A stretch of 64,000 nucleotides of DNA from Patescibacteria group bacterium (GCA_026004595.1 BPJL01000001.1:90486-154485); one strand, 5' to 3'; positions 19,779-29,675 are shown, numbered from the stretch's first letter. The notes: generated by a model from the sequence alone, not told the origin. Numbers and translations are program-made.

Positions 19779-21284
19779 GTGAATATTACGGCTAGAGCAA
19801 AAAAATATTGGGCTGTTTTCATGGCAGGAAGAAGGGGCGGAATAGCCCCATTTTTCTTTCTTAATTTTCTGTTGGCTGTTTTGCAGGCGCTCTATATTTT
19901 ATCCAGATTTAAGTATATAAACCAGGAAGTTCCTTTTTGGTTTGGTAAACATTGGGGGGAGTACCAACTGGCACCGAAACAATATTTGTATTACATTCCA
20001 ATGCTTAGTGGAGGACTGACTTTTATCGCCTCACTCTTAAGGTATATAAATCGTCTATATTTGAGGTATTTTGATGAGCTCTTGTCCTACTTTGTTACTT
20101 CAATTAACGTTTTTTTATTCTATTCAATTTTTTTTATCATACAGTCTGCGTCCCTTCCATTCCCCCCGCTTGTTCCCGCGAAATTTCTGTTGCTGGCACC
20201 ACCTTTTATCCTATCTTTTTTAATTGTGTATTTTGCTCTGCCCTATGTTATAGATTTGGCACACAAGAAGCGTCTGGTTACTGACCCCAAGGTTCATACA
20301 CACCCTGCAATGATATTGTCGGGGCCGAGCGCAAGGGGAGGCGGTCTTGTTTACGCTTTAGTATTTTTGCTGGTCAGCGTAGTTTTTGTTGGGATAAACA
20401 GGCAGTTTTTCGGTATATATCTATCGGTTTTCATGTTAGCAATATTGGGGATAATGGATGACTATCAGAACACCCACCCATTGTCGGAGTTCAGAGTCCT
20501 GGAGAACCCATTCTTAAGGCTCACCCTTCTATTTTTGTGCGTTTTGCCTCTTTTAGTTTCTGGGTCTGTCGTAAGTACAATAAGCATCCCCTTTAATGGT
20601 TTTATGCAACTGGACACCATGAAGATTTCGCTAGGTTCCATTACGGTTCCGGTTATTTCCGCCGTTCTAACAGTAATATGGGTTGTGTGGTTAATGAATG
20701 CTCTTTCGTGGTCAAATGGGATTGATGGGCAATATGCAGGCGTGATAGGAATTTCCTCTATTTTTGTAGCAATTCTTGCGTTGAGGTTTTCGAACATTCA
20801 ACCTATTCATAAGAGTATAGCGGTGATGGCTGCAATAAGTGCTGGGGCGGCTTTCGGTTTTACAAAATACACCTGGCACCCCTCTAAAATAATGTGGGGT
20901 TTTGGAGCAATGTCGGCCGGCTTGGTAATCGCGGCTTTATCAATAATTGTTCAGACCAAGGTTTTAGTTTCAGTTCTTTTTATCCTAATCCCCTTTTTGG
21001 ATGCTCTAGTTACTTTCTTCAGGAGACTTTTGCAGGGAAAGAACCCGTTAACTGGGGATCGCGGTCACCTTCACCACTTGCTACTAGACAGGGGATGGAG
21101 TGTGCAGAAAATTGCCCGTTTTTATTGGTTCACGGCCTTTATTTTTGGATTGATAGGATTGCTGTCGCCTGAGAAACACCTCGTAAAATTGTCCCTTACA
21201 ATTATAGGAGCGGTTGGTTTTTTTATCGCCCTGTTGAACTTAAAATCACTAGGACAGAAAAAAATGACACTAAGATCTGAGTAA
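19779..21284 (+). CDS. Polyprenyl-phosphate N-acetylhexosamine-1-phosphate transferase (MraY/WecA, GT4 family) with N-terminal membrane extension
   Basis: MraY/WecA signature NALSWSNGIDGQ. C-terminal GDRGHLHHLLLDRG. About 11 TM helices. An extra ~150-aa N-terminal hydrophobic region. Confidence 0.6.
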   Translation: MNITARAKKYWAVFMAGRRGGIAPFFFLNFLLAVLQALYILSRFKYINQEVPFWFGKHWGEYQLAPKQYLYYIPMLSGGLTFIASLLRYINRLYLRYFDELLSYFVTSINVFLFYSIFFIIQSASLPFPPLVPAKFLLLAPPFILSFLIVYFALPYVIDLAHKKRLVTDPKVHTHPAMILSGPSARGGGLVYALVFLLVSVVFVGINRQFFGIYLSVFMLAILGIMDDYQNTHPLSEFRVLENPFLRLTLLFLCVLPLLVSGSVVSTISIPFNGFMQLDTMKISLGSITVPVISAVLTVIWVVWLMNALSWSNGIDGQYAGVIGISSIFVAILALRFSNIQPIHKSIAVMAAISAGAAFGFTKYTWHPSKIMWGFGAMSAGLVIAALSIIVQTKVLVSVLFILIPFLDALVTFFRRLLQGKNPLTGDRGHLHHLLLDRGWSVQKIARFYWFTAFIFGLIGLLSPEKHLVKLSLTIIGAVGFFIALLNLKSLGQKKMTLRSE

Positions 21285-21732
21285 TTATTCCCCAAGGCAG
21301 GGGTGATTGAAATTGAAGAGTCGCCTGGATCTGATTATTTATTTTTAATATTCCGTTGATATTCTTTAGATAAAGTGTGAGACCGCTCATTAGATCGGGC
21401 AAAACGCCTCCTATTCCACAAAGCAAAAATCTTAATGCCAGAGGAGGGTTGTTTAGAAGCCACAAAGCATACAACACAAATGCTGTTCCTGTGGCTACAG
21501 CTAGTGTAAGCTCTCCTGCAACCGCTAAGGGTCTCCATCCGGTGACACGTTCGCCTTCCTCAGTATATGAGAAAAAATCCCAATGCGGCACCATATCTCC
21601 AAGGTAGTGCATTCCTACTGAAATGGGAAATGCAACAAAGGGATCTTTTACTACTGAAGCTACCGCTATTCCTACAAGTGTATGGGGTGTGAGTAACATA
21701 ACAAGATAGAATTGTAATTGAAAATTTAGCAA
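21223..21732 (-). CDS. Membrane-bound metal-dependent hydrolase-like protein (YdjM/DUF457-like)
   Basis: Small polytopic protein with His/Asp-containing TM motifs (LTPHTL...GMHYLGDMVPHWDF). Confidence 0.35.
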   Translation of the reverse strand: MLNFQLQFYLVMLLTPHTLVGIAVASVVKDPFVAFPISVGMHYLGDMVPHWDFFSYTEEGERVTGWRPLAVAGELTLAVATGTAFVLYALWLLNNPPLALRFLLCGIGGVLPDLMSGLTLYLKNINGILKINNQIQATLQFQSPLPWGIITQILVSFFSVLVILSSTGR

Positions 21733-21887
21733 CCTTCAACCTTGGCAGGTAATAAGTGAAAAGAATCTTGATAATTTATGTGATATTTGTGTATTTTTAA
21801 GTATAAGATGCGTACATAGTTACGCCATAAATAATAAGTAAGTATTTTTGGAGGTTAGGGGCGTTAGATTGGCGAGGTGTTGAAAAA

Positions 21888-22556
21888 ATGAGGTTTTTGC
21901 TAGTAGTTCCTCAGGATTTTCAGGGGGAGCCTGTTCCTGGGATGTTACATAAATATGGAGTGTGCGATATCTCTTCCGATCCTAAGGAGACAGTATTTCT
22001 GTGCGATTGTAACGAATATGACGCTTTAATTTTAAGTGCCTCTCTAGAGTTTGAGGATTGTGAAAGTTTATGTAGGGAAATTAGGGGCCAAAATGACAAT
22101 CTTCCTATAGTACGCCTCTCTACAAAACCGAATTACGAGGAGAAAATTAAGTTGTTGAATTCGGGTGTTGATATTTATATATCTTCAGCTGTTGGAGCCG
22201 AAGAATTCTATGCTGAGTTATCTGTATTCCTCCGTCGTAACAACAGATCCAAGATCCAGGACCCAATCACATTTAAAGGATTTTCATTCAGCATATTGAA
22301 CCGTACGTTGTTTTATGGCAAGGAACCTGTTTTTTTGCGGCGGAAGGAATACGAGCTTCTTGAATATCTCTTTATAAATATAGGAAAGGTTCTTTCAAAA
22401 GAAACTCTTTTGGAACATATTTGGGAGGATGGACTGGATGTAGAATCAAACACACTCGAGGTTCACATTAGAAATATAAGGAACAAACTAAAGCAGTATA
22501 CCAGCGAAGAAATCATCCGGACAATTAAAGGATTTGGCTATATTATTCCAGCTTGA
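21888..22556 (+). CDS. OmpR-family winged-helix regulator with degenerate (pseudo-)receiver domain
   Basis: C-terminal trans_reg_C (LRRKEYELLEYLF...LEVHIRNIRNKL...GFGYII). The N-terminal receiver-like fold has no phospho-acceptor Asp (LILSASL in place of DLxLxDxxLP) and no conserved Lys. Confidence 0.6.
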   Translation: MRFLLVVPQDFQGEPVPGMLHKYGVCDISSDPKETVFLCDCNEYDALILSASLEFEDCESLCREIRGQNDNLPIVRLSTKPNYEEKIKLLNSGVDIYISSAVGAEEFYAELSVFLRRNNRSKIQDPITFKGFSFSILNRTLFYGKEPVFLRRKEYELLEYLFINIGKVLSKETLLEHIWEDGLDVESNTLEVHIRNIRNKLKQYTSEEIIRTIKGFGYIIPA

Positions 22557-22589
22557 GAAATAGGTAAAAAAGCAATATCATTCATTATA

Positions 22590-23534
22590 ATGATTTATTT
22601 ATTTTATCAGCTCATCAGAACCGCCCGCCCTCGCCAATGGTTGAAAAACCTCAGCCTTTTCGCGGCTCCGGTTTTTGCTGGAAGGCTCTTTGAGAGAGAT
22701 ACCTTTTCCTTGACCCTTTACGCTTTTGTGTCTTTCTGCTTGTTATCTTCTGCAAGCTATTTCGTAAATGATATTATTGACGCCCCAAAGGATAAACTTC
22801 ACCCGATAAAAAAGAACCGCCCCATTGCTTCAGGAAGACTATCTCCGCTTTTGGCCCTTATTGTCGCTTTGCTGTTTGCCTCAACCTCACTTTTTATTGG
22901 GTTTAGAATTGTTGGCACCTATTTTGGATTTTCCCTAGTTTTTTATATGATTCTTCAGGCGTCATACTCTCTTTACTTCCGAAATGTGATCATCATGGAC
23001 TCTCTGGTAGTGGCTACTGGTTTTGTTCTTAGGGTTTTCGCGGGGGGTTTGGCGTCTTACACTTCCATTTCCAGTTGGCTTGCTTTGACGACCATAGGAA
23101 TTTCGCTTCTGTTGGCGTTTGGAAAGAGAAGATCGGAGAAGACAATTTTGGCAAAGTATCACTTACCCCAAGAAGAAATTGAAACCAGGAAAACTTTAAG
23201 ACACTACCCCGATAACCTTCTGGATAGCATGATATCCATGTCGGCAGCCTACACAATAATCACATATTCCCTTTTTGTTTTTCAGATTTCACCAAGTGGG
23301 GCCAACGACACTCTTTTGAGAATACTTCCGTCGATTCTTAAAAGTCCTAAGTGGATGATGTTAACCATACCTTTGGTGATTTATGGGGTGGCAAGATATC
23401 TGTATGTTATATACGAAAAAGGAGAGGCCGAATCTCCTGAAAGAGTGTTGCTATCCGATAAACCTTTGCTTTTCATTGTTATATTTTGGGGAATATTGAC
23501 GATGTTTTTTGTTTATTTAGTTCCCGATTTCTAA
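22590..23534 (+). CDS. UbiA-family prenyltransferase, decaprenyl-phosphate phosphoribosyltransferase-like
   Basis: N-terminal RPRQWLKNLSLFAAPVFAG and Asp-rich NDIIDAPKDKLHPIKKNRPIASG motifs, typical of DPPR synthase-type UbiA enzymes. 8-9 TM helices. Confidence 0.6.
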   Translation: MIYLFYQLIRTARPRQWLKNLSLFAAPVFAGRLFERDTFSLTLYAFVSFCLLSSASYFVNDIIDAPKDKLHPIKKNRPIASGRLSPLLALIVALLFASTSLFIGFRIVGTYFGFSLVFYMILQASYSLYFRNVIIMDSLVVATGFVLRVFAGGLASYTSISSWLALTTIGISLLLAFGKRRSEKTILAKYHLPQEEIETRKTLRHYPDNLLDSMISMSAAYTIITYSLFVFQISPSGANDTLLRILPSILKSPKWMMLTIPLVIYGVARYLYVIYEKGEAESPERVLLSDKPLLFIVIFWGILTMFFVYLVPDF

Positions 23535-23807
23535 ATCTCCGACTCCGGCTGACTCTGCGGCCTCTTTTGCCATCTCTATTTCTACTTGCTTTATTATCTC
23601 TTGTAGTTCGATGGGAAGAGTTTCATTGGCTGCGGAGTTTTCTCGAAATGTTTCAACAGCGCGGTCTTGTGCCGACAGAACTTCGGAAGTTCCACTAGCG
23701 GTCGGGTTAAATCCCGCCATGGTTATAGCAACTATGGGTACAATAAGAAGCAGGGCAAGAATAGAAAAAAGGCCTGTGTTGACGAAAAGTTTATTCATAA
23801 ATTTCAT
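23517..23807 (-). CDS. Small secreted/membrane-anchored hypothetical protein
   Basis: 96 aa. N-terminal hydrophobic helix followed by an acidic soluble region. Confidence 0.3.
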   Translation of the reverse strand: MKFMNKLFVNTGLFSILALLLIVPIVAITMAGFNPTASGTSEVLSAQDRAVETFRENSAANETLPIELQEIIKQVEIEMAKEAAESAGVGDLEIGN

Positions 23808-23808
23808 A

Positions 23809-24369
23809 CTATTCTGTATTTACCTCCAGAAAAGTTACGTTTTGGTCAAACCTATCCTCCTCATTTGAAGATTTTATTTCATTTTCAATGTCAGAGACGA
23901 ATAGAATTGTGGCAATTACGGCAACCGCAAGAGTAATGTAAAAAACAAATGGATAACTTAATGAATATACTGAAAGCGCACCTGTTACTATTGTCATCAA
24001 ATAAGCATAAGAAATCCATATCGCACCTTTTGTGTACAAGTCGAGAGAATTTTGGACAAGCCCCTGCATTCTCAACGAAAAAAGAGTAGCTGTGAGCTTC
24101 GGGGTTATGTGGGTGTCATGAAAAACGTGGGCTCTTATTAAGAAGAATGCCAGACTTATGGCTAAAACTACGGTCATAGCAAGTAGCGAATAGGAATTAA
24201 CTTGCAAATACTGGTCTTTTCCCTCAAAAATAAAACCTCTTTTGGTCAGCTCAAAGGGAACTTCGAAATACATAGCTAAAAGCACTATTGAAATGATTCT
24301 TGCGGACAAGAGAACTATTGCCGGGATTATGGCTTGATCTATCAGTTTAATTAACAGTTTAGAAAACAT
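23809..24369 (-). CDS. Hypothetical polytopic membrane protein
   Basis: 186 aa with about 5 TM helices. Immediately upstream of the preceding small ORF on the same strand. Confidence 0.3.
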   Translation of the reverse strand: MFSKLLIKLIDQAIIPAIVLLSARIISIVLLAMYFEVPFELTKRGFIFEGKDQYLQVNSYSLLAMTVVLAISLAFFLIRAHVFHDTHITPKLTATLFSLRMQGLVQNSLDLYTKGAIWISYAYLMTIVTGALSVYSLSYPFVFYITLAVAVIATILFVSDIENEIKSSNEEDRFDQNVTFLEVNTE

Positions 24370-24423
24370 ATATGATCAGCCTTCCGGGAAAGATTTGGGC
24401 AGGCTTGATATGATAATACTACC

Positions 24424-25722
24424 ATGAATTTTGTTGCGTCAACAAAACATTTGCTTTCTAAACCTTTTCTCTTGATATATTCGTTCGTGGTTTTTGCCAT
24501 TCCATTAATATTTTCACAGAACACAGGGGAGTTTTATGAGTTTCCCAAGATTACTTTCTTTTACACTTTGGGTGCGTTTATTTTTGCTTTGTATATTTCA
24601 GACACAATAATCTGGCCTAGAAAAAATATCCGCCTACCCCTAGTGGTAGTTTTGTTTGCAGTTTCTTTTGCTGTTTCAACACTAGTTTCATCTCACCCTT
24701 ACACATCGGTATTTGGCTATTATTCAAGGTTTGCAGACTCACTATTATTTTATTTGGCTGTTCTATGTTTTTACTACATTGCTATGAACGTTTTGTCCAA
24801 GAAAGATATAGGATTGCTGTTTAATGTTGCACACTTTGGTTCGGTGATTCTTTTTCTCTTTGCCTTGGGGCAGTATTTTTCTTTATTCACATTTTTATGG
24901 GGAGGCCAGTTGCAGGAAAGAGTGTTTTCAACCTTAGGACAGCCTAATTGGTACGCCCAGTATCTTACTATGCTATTGGGAATTTCAATGTTTGAGTTTC
25001 TTTTCAAGGGAAGAAAAGTATATCTCCTCTTCTGTTTTGTGCAGTTCTTTTCCTTGTGGCTAACATTCTCTATGTCGGGGTTGGCAGGATTTATTTTAAC
25101 TATCTTTTCTTACTTTTATTTGTTCCTTTTCGGAAAGGAGAAAATCGAGGGCAGAAAAAATTTTTTATTTAGAGTGGCGGCAGTTTTAGCACTAGTTTTC
25201 GTTGTATCGCTTTTGTTTCCCGGAATTTTTAGGGCAAAACTTAGAGACATGATTACTGATTTCAGAAAAGTTGTCGGGGGAAATTTTTTGGTGTATGCCC
25301 AAAATGTAACTGAAACAAATCAAATATCAGATCCCGGTTATATAAGATCAGGTTTATGGAGAGGAACAGTGGATATGATAATTTCGAATCCCAAAATATT
25401 TATCCTCGGGTCTGGTCCGGAAACCTTTCCGTACTATTTTCAAAAGTTCAGACCGTTAAGTTTGAATTATTCGTCTGAGTGGAATTTCGTTTTTAACAAG
25501 CCTCACAATTATTATCTAGAGATTTGGGCGGAGCAGGGGATCTTGGGTATTATCTCTTATCTGCTTTTTCTTATTTTCGTGTTAAAAAAAGTTGACGCCA
25601 AGTATCGGGGTGCCGTAATTGCTTTTGCAGTTACCAATTTTTTTGGGTGGCCGACGGTAACCACATTCGTTATTTTTTGGTTGATTGTTTCGACGATAGG
25701 AGCGAAAAATGAAACTTTTTAA
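24424..25722 (+). CDS. O-antigen ligase/polymerase family membrane protein (Wzy_C domain)
   Basis: About 12 TM helices. Wzy_C-type periplasmic loop motif NKPHNYYLEIWAEQGILG. Confidence 0.6.
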   Translation: MNFVASTKHLLSKPFLLIYSFVVFAIPLIFSQNTGEFYEFPKITFFYTLGAFIFALYISDTIIWPRKNIRLPLVVVLFAVSFAVSTLVSSHPYTSVFGYYSRFADSLLFYLAVLCFYYIAMNVLSKKDIGLLFNVAHFGSVILFLFALGQYFSLFTFLWGGQLQERVFSTLGQPNWYAQYLTMLLGISMFEFLFKGRKVYLLFCFVQFFSLWLTFSMSGLAGFILTIFSYFYLFLFGKEKIEGRKNFLFRVAAVLALVFVVSLLFPGIFRAKLRDMITDFRKVVGGNFLVYAQNVTETNQISDPGYIRSGLWRGTVDMIISNPKIFILGSGPETFPYYFQKFRPLSLNYSSEWNFVFNKPHNYYLEIWAEQGILGIISYLLFLIFVLKKVDAKYRGAVIAFAVTNFFGWPTVTTFVIFWLIVSTIGAKNETF

Positions 25723-26308
25723 AATTATATTGCTGACAGGAGTGTGGGCATTTACTTTAATTGTAATTATGTATGTTGACAGAATTTACACAGCCGATAA
25801 GTCTGCTGTTCAGGCCGTCGATTTACTTGAAAGTATGGAATACGAAAAGGCCTTGGTAAAAGCTGATGAGGCCTTGGAACTTAATCCACAAGAACCATCT
25901 TATTACAGAACCCGGGCTTTGATCTACCTCGCCAAGTATGTATTGGAAGATGATACACAGGATTCGCTCGGGTATAAGGAAAAAGCTTATGAGGATGTAG
26001 TCAAGTCTATGGAGCTAAATCCTGACAACCTTGTGACTAAGAGAAACCTTGCCCCCCTTTTTTACTTTCTTGCAATTCAAAATGTTAATTCTATGGCGGG
26101 GAAGGACAACCACGACCCCAAATTTATTGATGTAGCAACTGCCTATTTTGAAGATTTGAAGAATGAGTATTCTCACGATGCTGGGGTAGTTACACTTGTT
26201 GCTGGATACGAAAGGAAGCTCGGTTTGCAGGAGAGGTACGAAGAGAGCAGAGGGATGATTAGGAGTTTGAGGCCAGATTTATTGGAGTGGCACCAATCAT
26301 TCAACTAG
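25709..26308 (+). CDS. Membrane-anchored TPR-like repeat protein
   Basis: N-terminal TM helix then helical-repeat sequence (ALVKADEALELNPQEPSYYRTRALIYL...). Confidence 0.35.
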   Translation: MKLFKIILLTGVWAFTLIVIMYVDRIYTADKSAVQAVDLLESMEYEKALVKADEALELNPQEPSYYRTRALIYLAKYVLEDDTQDSLGYKEKAYEDVVKSMELNPDNLVTKRNLAPLFYFLAIQNVNSMAGKDNHDPKFIDVATAYFEDLKNEYSHDAGVVTLVAGYERKLGLQERYEESRGMIRSLRPDLLEWHQSFN

Positions 26309-27490
26309 CTCAATATACTCAGCTGAAACCCACCCCTCGGCTGATTCCGAAACTTTAATTTTTACCCAGTTCGTTTGTTGTTCAAGAACCGGGTAGGTTC
26401 CGCCCTGATCCACACGTGTGATTTCAGTTCCGTTTAGACTCGGCTCGTTTCTCACTCGCAGCCAGCCGGTAGGCGTGGCCTTTATCTTGGCTTGTTTTCC
26501 GATTACCGCCTCGCCCAAAAGTGTTTCCAAGGTTGTTCTCGCTTCTTTAGTAAGGCCTACGCCGTCGGCCGTCCTGCCAAGGTATCCAATTTTGCTGTTG
26601 GGTTTGACTAATGCCAGCTCTTCCTTAGAGGTGATCGGTTTTCCCTCTGCATTGAAAAGATCGCCTTTGTACGAAAGGAAAAGATCGAAGAAAGGCTCTT
26701 TGTTTTCGCCCGTGCCCTCTATGTTAAGACCCTTGTTCTTGTTGACGTAAACTACCGCTTTTGCCCATTCTTCAGGATTTGCCGTTACGACATTGTTGCC
26801 GGAGGAAAGATCGTATATGTTTTTGGAACCCTCAAACGTTGATATTTTTTGAGGAACGGGCGATGGAAAAAGTTTGAAAGTGGCATTTAAGGTATATCCC
26901 TTTTGTATTGAAATTCGGGTTGAGAGTATTTCAAATCCTGGTATGGATACTTTTAGTTCGTAGTCACCATCGCTTATATTGTTTGCAAGGTATGGAGTCA
27001 CTGCTTCAACATCCGAATTGTCTATGAATACTTTTGCTCCAGAAGGCTCGCTGATTACTCTTAATACATTTCCAGAGGTATCTTTTTCAAACCAAAGTTC
27101 CCAACCAGAACTAAAGGTGTCCGATACACCAAGGTCGCGGGATATTGCTACATAGTGGATTTTTCCTCCCTCGTTTGGCAAAAAATTTATGGAGGTTTGG
27201 TATTGCCTGGATGCGTTTCTAATGGAGATTTTGTTGTTGCCCGGGGTAATATTATCTGCTGTGTAGGGGGTTTTTCCGACAAATTTGTCGTTTATATAGA
27301 CGTCTGCTTGTTCTCCGATGCTGGTTATGTTTATGCCTGACTTTGCCTTAAGCTTATCGATGTTTCTTACGATATACCCGCCAAAAAATACTATAAGACC
27401 TACGCCTACAATACCTAAAAAGTAGAGAAGAGCATTAGGCAGTGATTTTTCCTTGCTGGCAATGGTAGATATCGGCATGGAATGATACAT
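26297..27490 (-). CDS. PEGA-domain surface protein with C-terminal bacterial SH3 domain
   Basis: N-terminal TM anchor. Repeated PEGA-like segments (VYINDKFVGKTPYT; KVFIDNSDVEAVTPY). C-terminal SH3b-like (WLRVRNEPSLNGTEITRVDQGGTYPVL...WVKI). Confidence 0.5.
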   Translation of the reverse strand: MYHSMPISTIASKEKSLPNALLYFLGIVGVGLIVFFGGYIVRNIDKLKAKSGINITSIGEQADVYINDKFVGKTPYTADNITPGNNKISIRNASRQYQTSINFLPNEGGKIHYVAISRDLGVSDTFSSGWELWFEKDTSGNVLRVISEPSGAKVFIDNSDVEAVTPYLANNISDGDYELKVSIPGFEILSTRISIQKGYTLNATFKLFPSPVPQKISTFEGSKNIYDLSSGNNVVTANPEEWAKAVVYVNKNKGLNIEGTGENKEPFFDLFLSYKGDLFNAEGKPITSKEELALVKPNSKIGYLGRTADGVGLTKEARTTLETLLGEAVIGKQAKIKATPTGWLRVRNEPSLNGTEITRVDQGGTYPVLEQQTNWVKIKVSESAEGWVSAEYIELVE

Positions 27491-27522
27491 AAATTATCAC
27501 GGCAATGGTAAAATAGCAACAT

Positions 27523-27597
<75 letters not shown>

Positions 27598-27746
27598 CGA
27601 AAAATTCGACGGACTTTCGTCCGGCGAAGTTTTTGTAGGCTTGGTAGGAAGAAGAATCTTGCAAAGCGGTTCGACTTTTGATGCTATAGTGAGCGGAGCG
27701 AGCTATAGCTCAAATGGAACGTTCTCGAGCGGAGCGAGAGGTTGTT

Positions 27747-27765
27747 ATTCCCGCCCAGGCCTCCA
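27747..27765 (+). repeat. 19-bp direct repeat of the tRNA-Cys 3-prime end (att-like scar)
   Basis: ATTCCCGCCCAGGCCTCCA at 27579..27597 (inside tRNA-Cys) is repeated exactly at 27747..27765. The upstream sequence of the second copy cannot fold as a tRNA. Confidence 0.7.
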
Positions 27766-27805
27766 AAATTTCGGTGTGCGAAAGCGCTCGGGCATAATTT
27801 TTTAA

Positions 27806-29644
27806 ATGACATCGCAAGAGATACTAGAAAAATATATAAACTTTTTTATAGAAAGAGGACACAAGCAAATACCGAATGTGTCTCTGGTTCCCGAAGGAGA
27901 CTCGACACTACTTTTTGTAAATTCCGGAATGTTTCCTCTGGTTCCGTATTTGTCCGGAGAACCCCACCCACTTGGAAAAAGGCTTGTAAATGTGCAAAGG
28001 TCGTTGAGATTTGAAGATCTAGAAGAAGTTGGGGAAACAATCAGGCACACTGTTGCTTTTCATATGTTGGGCAATTGGTCTTTAGGTGATTATTTTAAGG
28101 AAGAGCAGCTGCCATGGATTTTTGAATTTTTTATTGATGTTTTGAAGCTGGATCCGAATAAATTATTCTCTACCGTTTTCGCTGGAGACGAGTACGCGCC
28201 GAGAGATCAGGAGTCCATTGACATACTAAAGATGGTTTATAAGAAATATGGTATTGATGCTCAAGAGGGAGAGCGTATTTTTCCCTGCGGTAAAAAAGAC
28301 AACTGGTGGCAAAGAGGCGATGCTGTGGGTGAATTGGGAGGCCCGGACAGCGAGGTGTACTACTATCTCGGCGAGGGTGACGGGATAGGCAGGTCCCCCG
28401 CAGAAAATCCCGATGAGTTTTTGGAAATCGGCAATTCTGTTTTTATGCAGTATAAAAAAACAGAAGACGGCTGGGTTCCCCTTTCGCAAAAAAATGTGGA
28501 TTTTGGAGGCGGTTTGGAAAGAATTGCTATGGTTGCGCAAAGGAGAAAAGACATATTTGAAACAGACAATTTTCTGCCGATTGTTAAAAAGGTGGAAGAG
28601 CTGTCAAAAAGAGGTTACGATTCAGATTTTAGAACAAGAAAGGCAATGCGTGTGCTCTCGGACCATATGAGGGCATCGTGTCTATTGATTATGGACAGTG
28701 TTGCTCCCGGAAACAAGGATCAAGGTTACGTTCTAAGAAGGCTTATTCGCAGAATGGTGCGGGTGGGAAAGACTTTGGGGATAGAAAAGAACCTATCAGT
28801 TTCTCTAGTCGATGCGGTAGTTGAAGCTTTAGGGTGGTTGTATCCGAGATTGCAGGAAGACAGCGGGAGGATAAAATCGGTTTTTGATGAAGAAGAGGAC
28901 AAATTTAGGAAAACTTTGAATAGAGGTTCTGCGTATGTGGAAAAGGTATTATCAAGGCTTAGCGAAGCTGATATGAAAAAAAAGAGCCCCGCCGACTGGG
29001 CTAAAATATCGTTTGATCTATTCCAGTCGGTTGGGTACCCGCAGGAAACATTTTTGATAGATTTGGAAGATAGGAAAATTCCTCTAGATGTGAAAGAATT
29101 TCAGAATGAGTTTCAGAGAATATTTGATTCCCATCAGGAAAAATCTAGATCCGGGGCAGAGGTAAAGTTTAAAGGTGGTTTGGCAGACCACAGCGATATT
29201 GTGGTTAGATACCATACAGCTACCCACCTTCTTCAAGCTGCATTAAGAGAAGTTTTAGGAGAGCATGTAGGGCAATTGGGCAGCAATATAACGTCCGAGA
29301 GATTGCGCTTTGACTTTTCTCATCATGGTAGAAAAATGACAGATGAGGAAGTGGTCAAGGTTCAGGAGATTGTTAATTCGAGGATAAGGTCGTCCCTGCC
29401 TGTAAACTTTGTTGTTATGTCCAAGAACGAGGCGCAGAATGCTGGAGCGCTTTATATGAAGCATGAGAGCTATCCTAGTGAGGTAAAGGTGTATTACATA
29501 GGAAAGGATTTACCTAGCGCTGTTAGTAAAGAGATGTGCGGCGGCCCCCACGTTTCTAACACCAACGAACTCGGTAAGTTTGAAATATACAAGCAAGAAA
29601 GCATAGGAGAAGGAAAGCTTAGGCTCTACGCACGTTTAATATGA
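27806..29644 (+). CDS. alaS: Alanyl-tRNA synthetase (catalytic, tRNA-recognition and editing domains; no C-Ala domain)
   Basis: Class II motifs (FVNSGM, HMLGNWSLGDYFK). Editing-domain HxxxH...CGGPH. 612 aa is shorter than canonical AlaRS. Confidence 0.9.
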   Translation: MTSQEILEKYINFFIERGHKQIPNVSLVPEGDSTLLFVNSGMFPLVPYLSGEPHPLGKRLVNVQRSLRFEDLEEVGETIRHTVAFHMLGNWSLGDYFKEEQLPWIFEFFIDVLKLDPNKLFSTVFAGDEYAPRDQESIDILKMVYKKYGIDAQEGERIFPCGKKDNWWQRGDAVGELGGPDSEVYYYLGEGDGIGRSPAENPDEFLEIGNSVFMQYKKTEDGWVPLSQKNVDFGGGLERIAMVAQRRKDIFETDNFLPIVKKVEELSKRGYDSDFRTRKAMRVLSDHMRASCLLIMDSVAPGNKDQGYVLRRLIRRMVRVGKTLGIEKNLSVSLVDAVVEALGWLYPRLQEDSGRIKSVFDEEEDKFRKTLNRGSAYVEKVLSRLSEADMKKKSPADWAKISFDLFQSVGYPQETFLIDLEDRKIPLDVKEFQNEFQRIFDSHQEKSRSGAEVKFKGGLADHSDIVVRYHTATHLLQAALREVLGEHVGQLGSNITSERLRFDFSHHGRKMTDEEVVKVQEIVNSRIRSSLPVNFVVMSKNEAQNAGALYMKHESYPSEVKVYYIGKDLPSAVSKEMCGGPHVSNTNELGKFEIYKQESIGEGKLRLYARLI

Positions 29645-29649
29645 GCTGT

Positions 29650-29675
29650 TGACACTCTCCGATTCTGAGTGCTAT
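29650..29675 (+). promoter_or_regulatory. CIRCE-like HrcA operator overlapping a sigma-70-type promoter of groES/groEL
   Basis: TTGACA (29649-29654) and TATAAAT (29673-29679). Inverted repeat CACTC-N9-GAGTGCTA resembles TTAGCACTC-N9-GAGTGCTAA. Confidence 0.5.

Noticed and set aside
27693-27765. Second tRNA-Cys copy
   Set aside because: Only the last 19 nt match. The upstream sequence cannot form T- or anticodon arms. Treated as an att-like repeat, not a gene.
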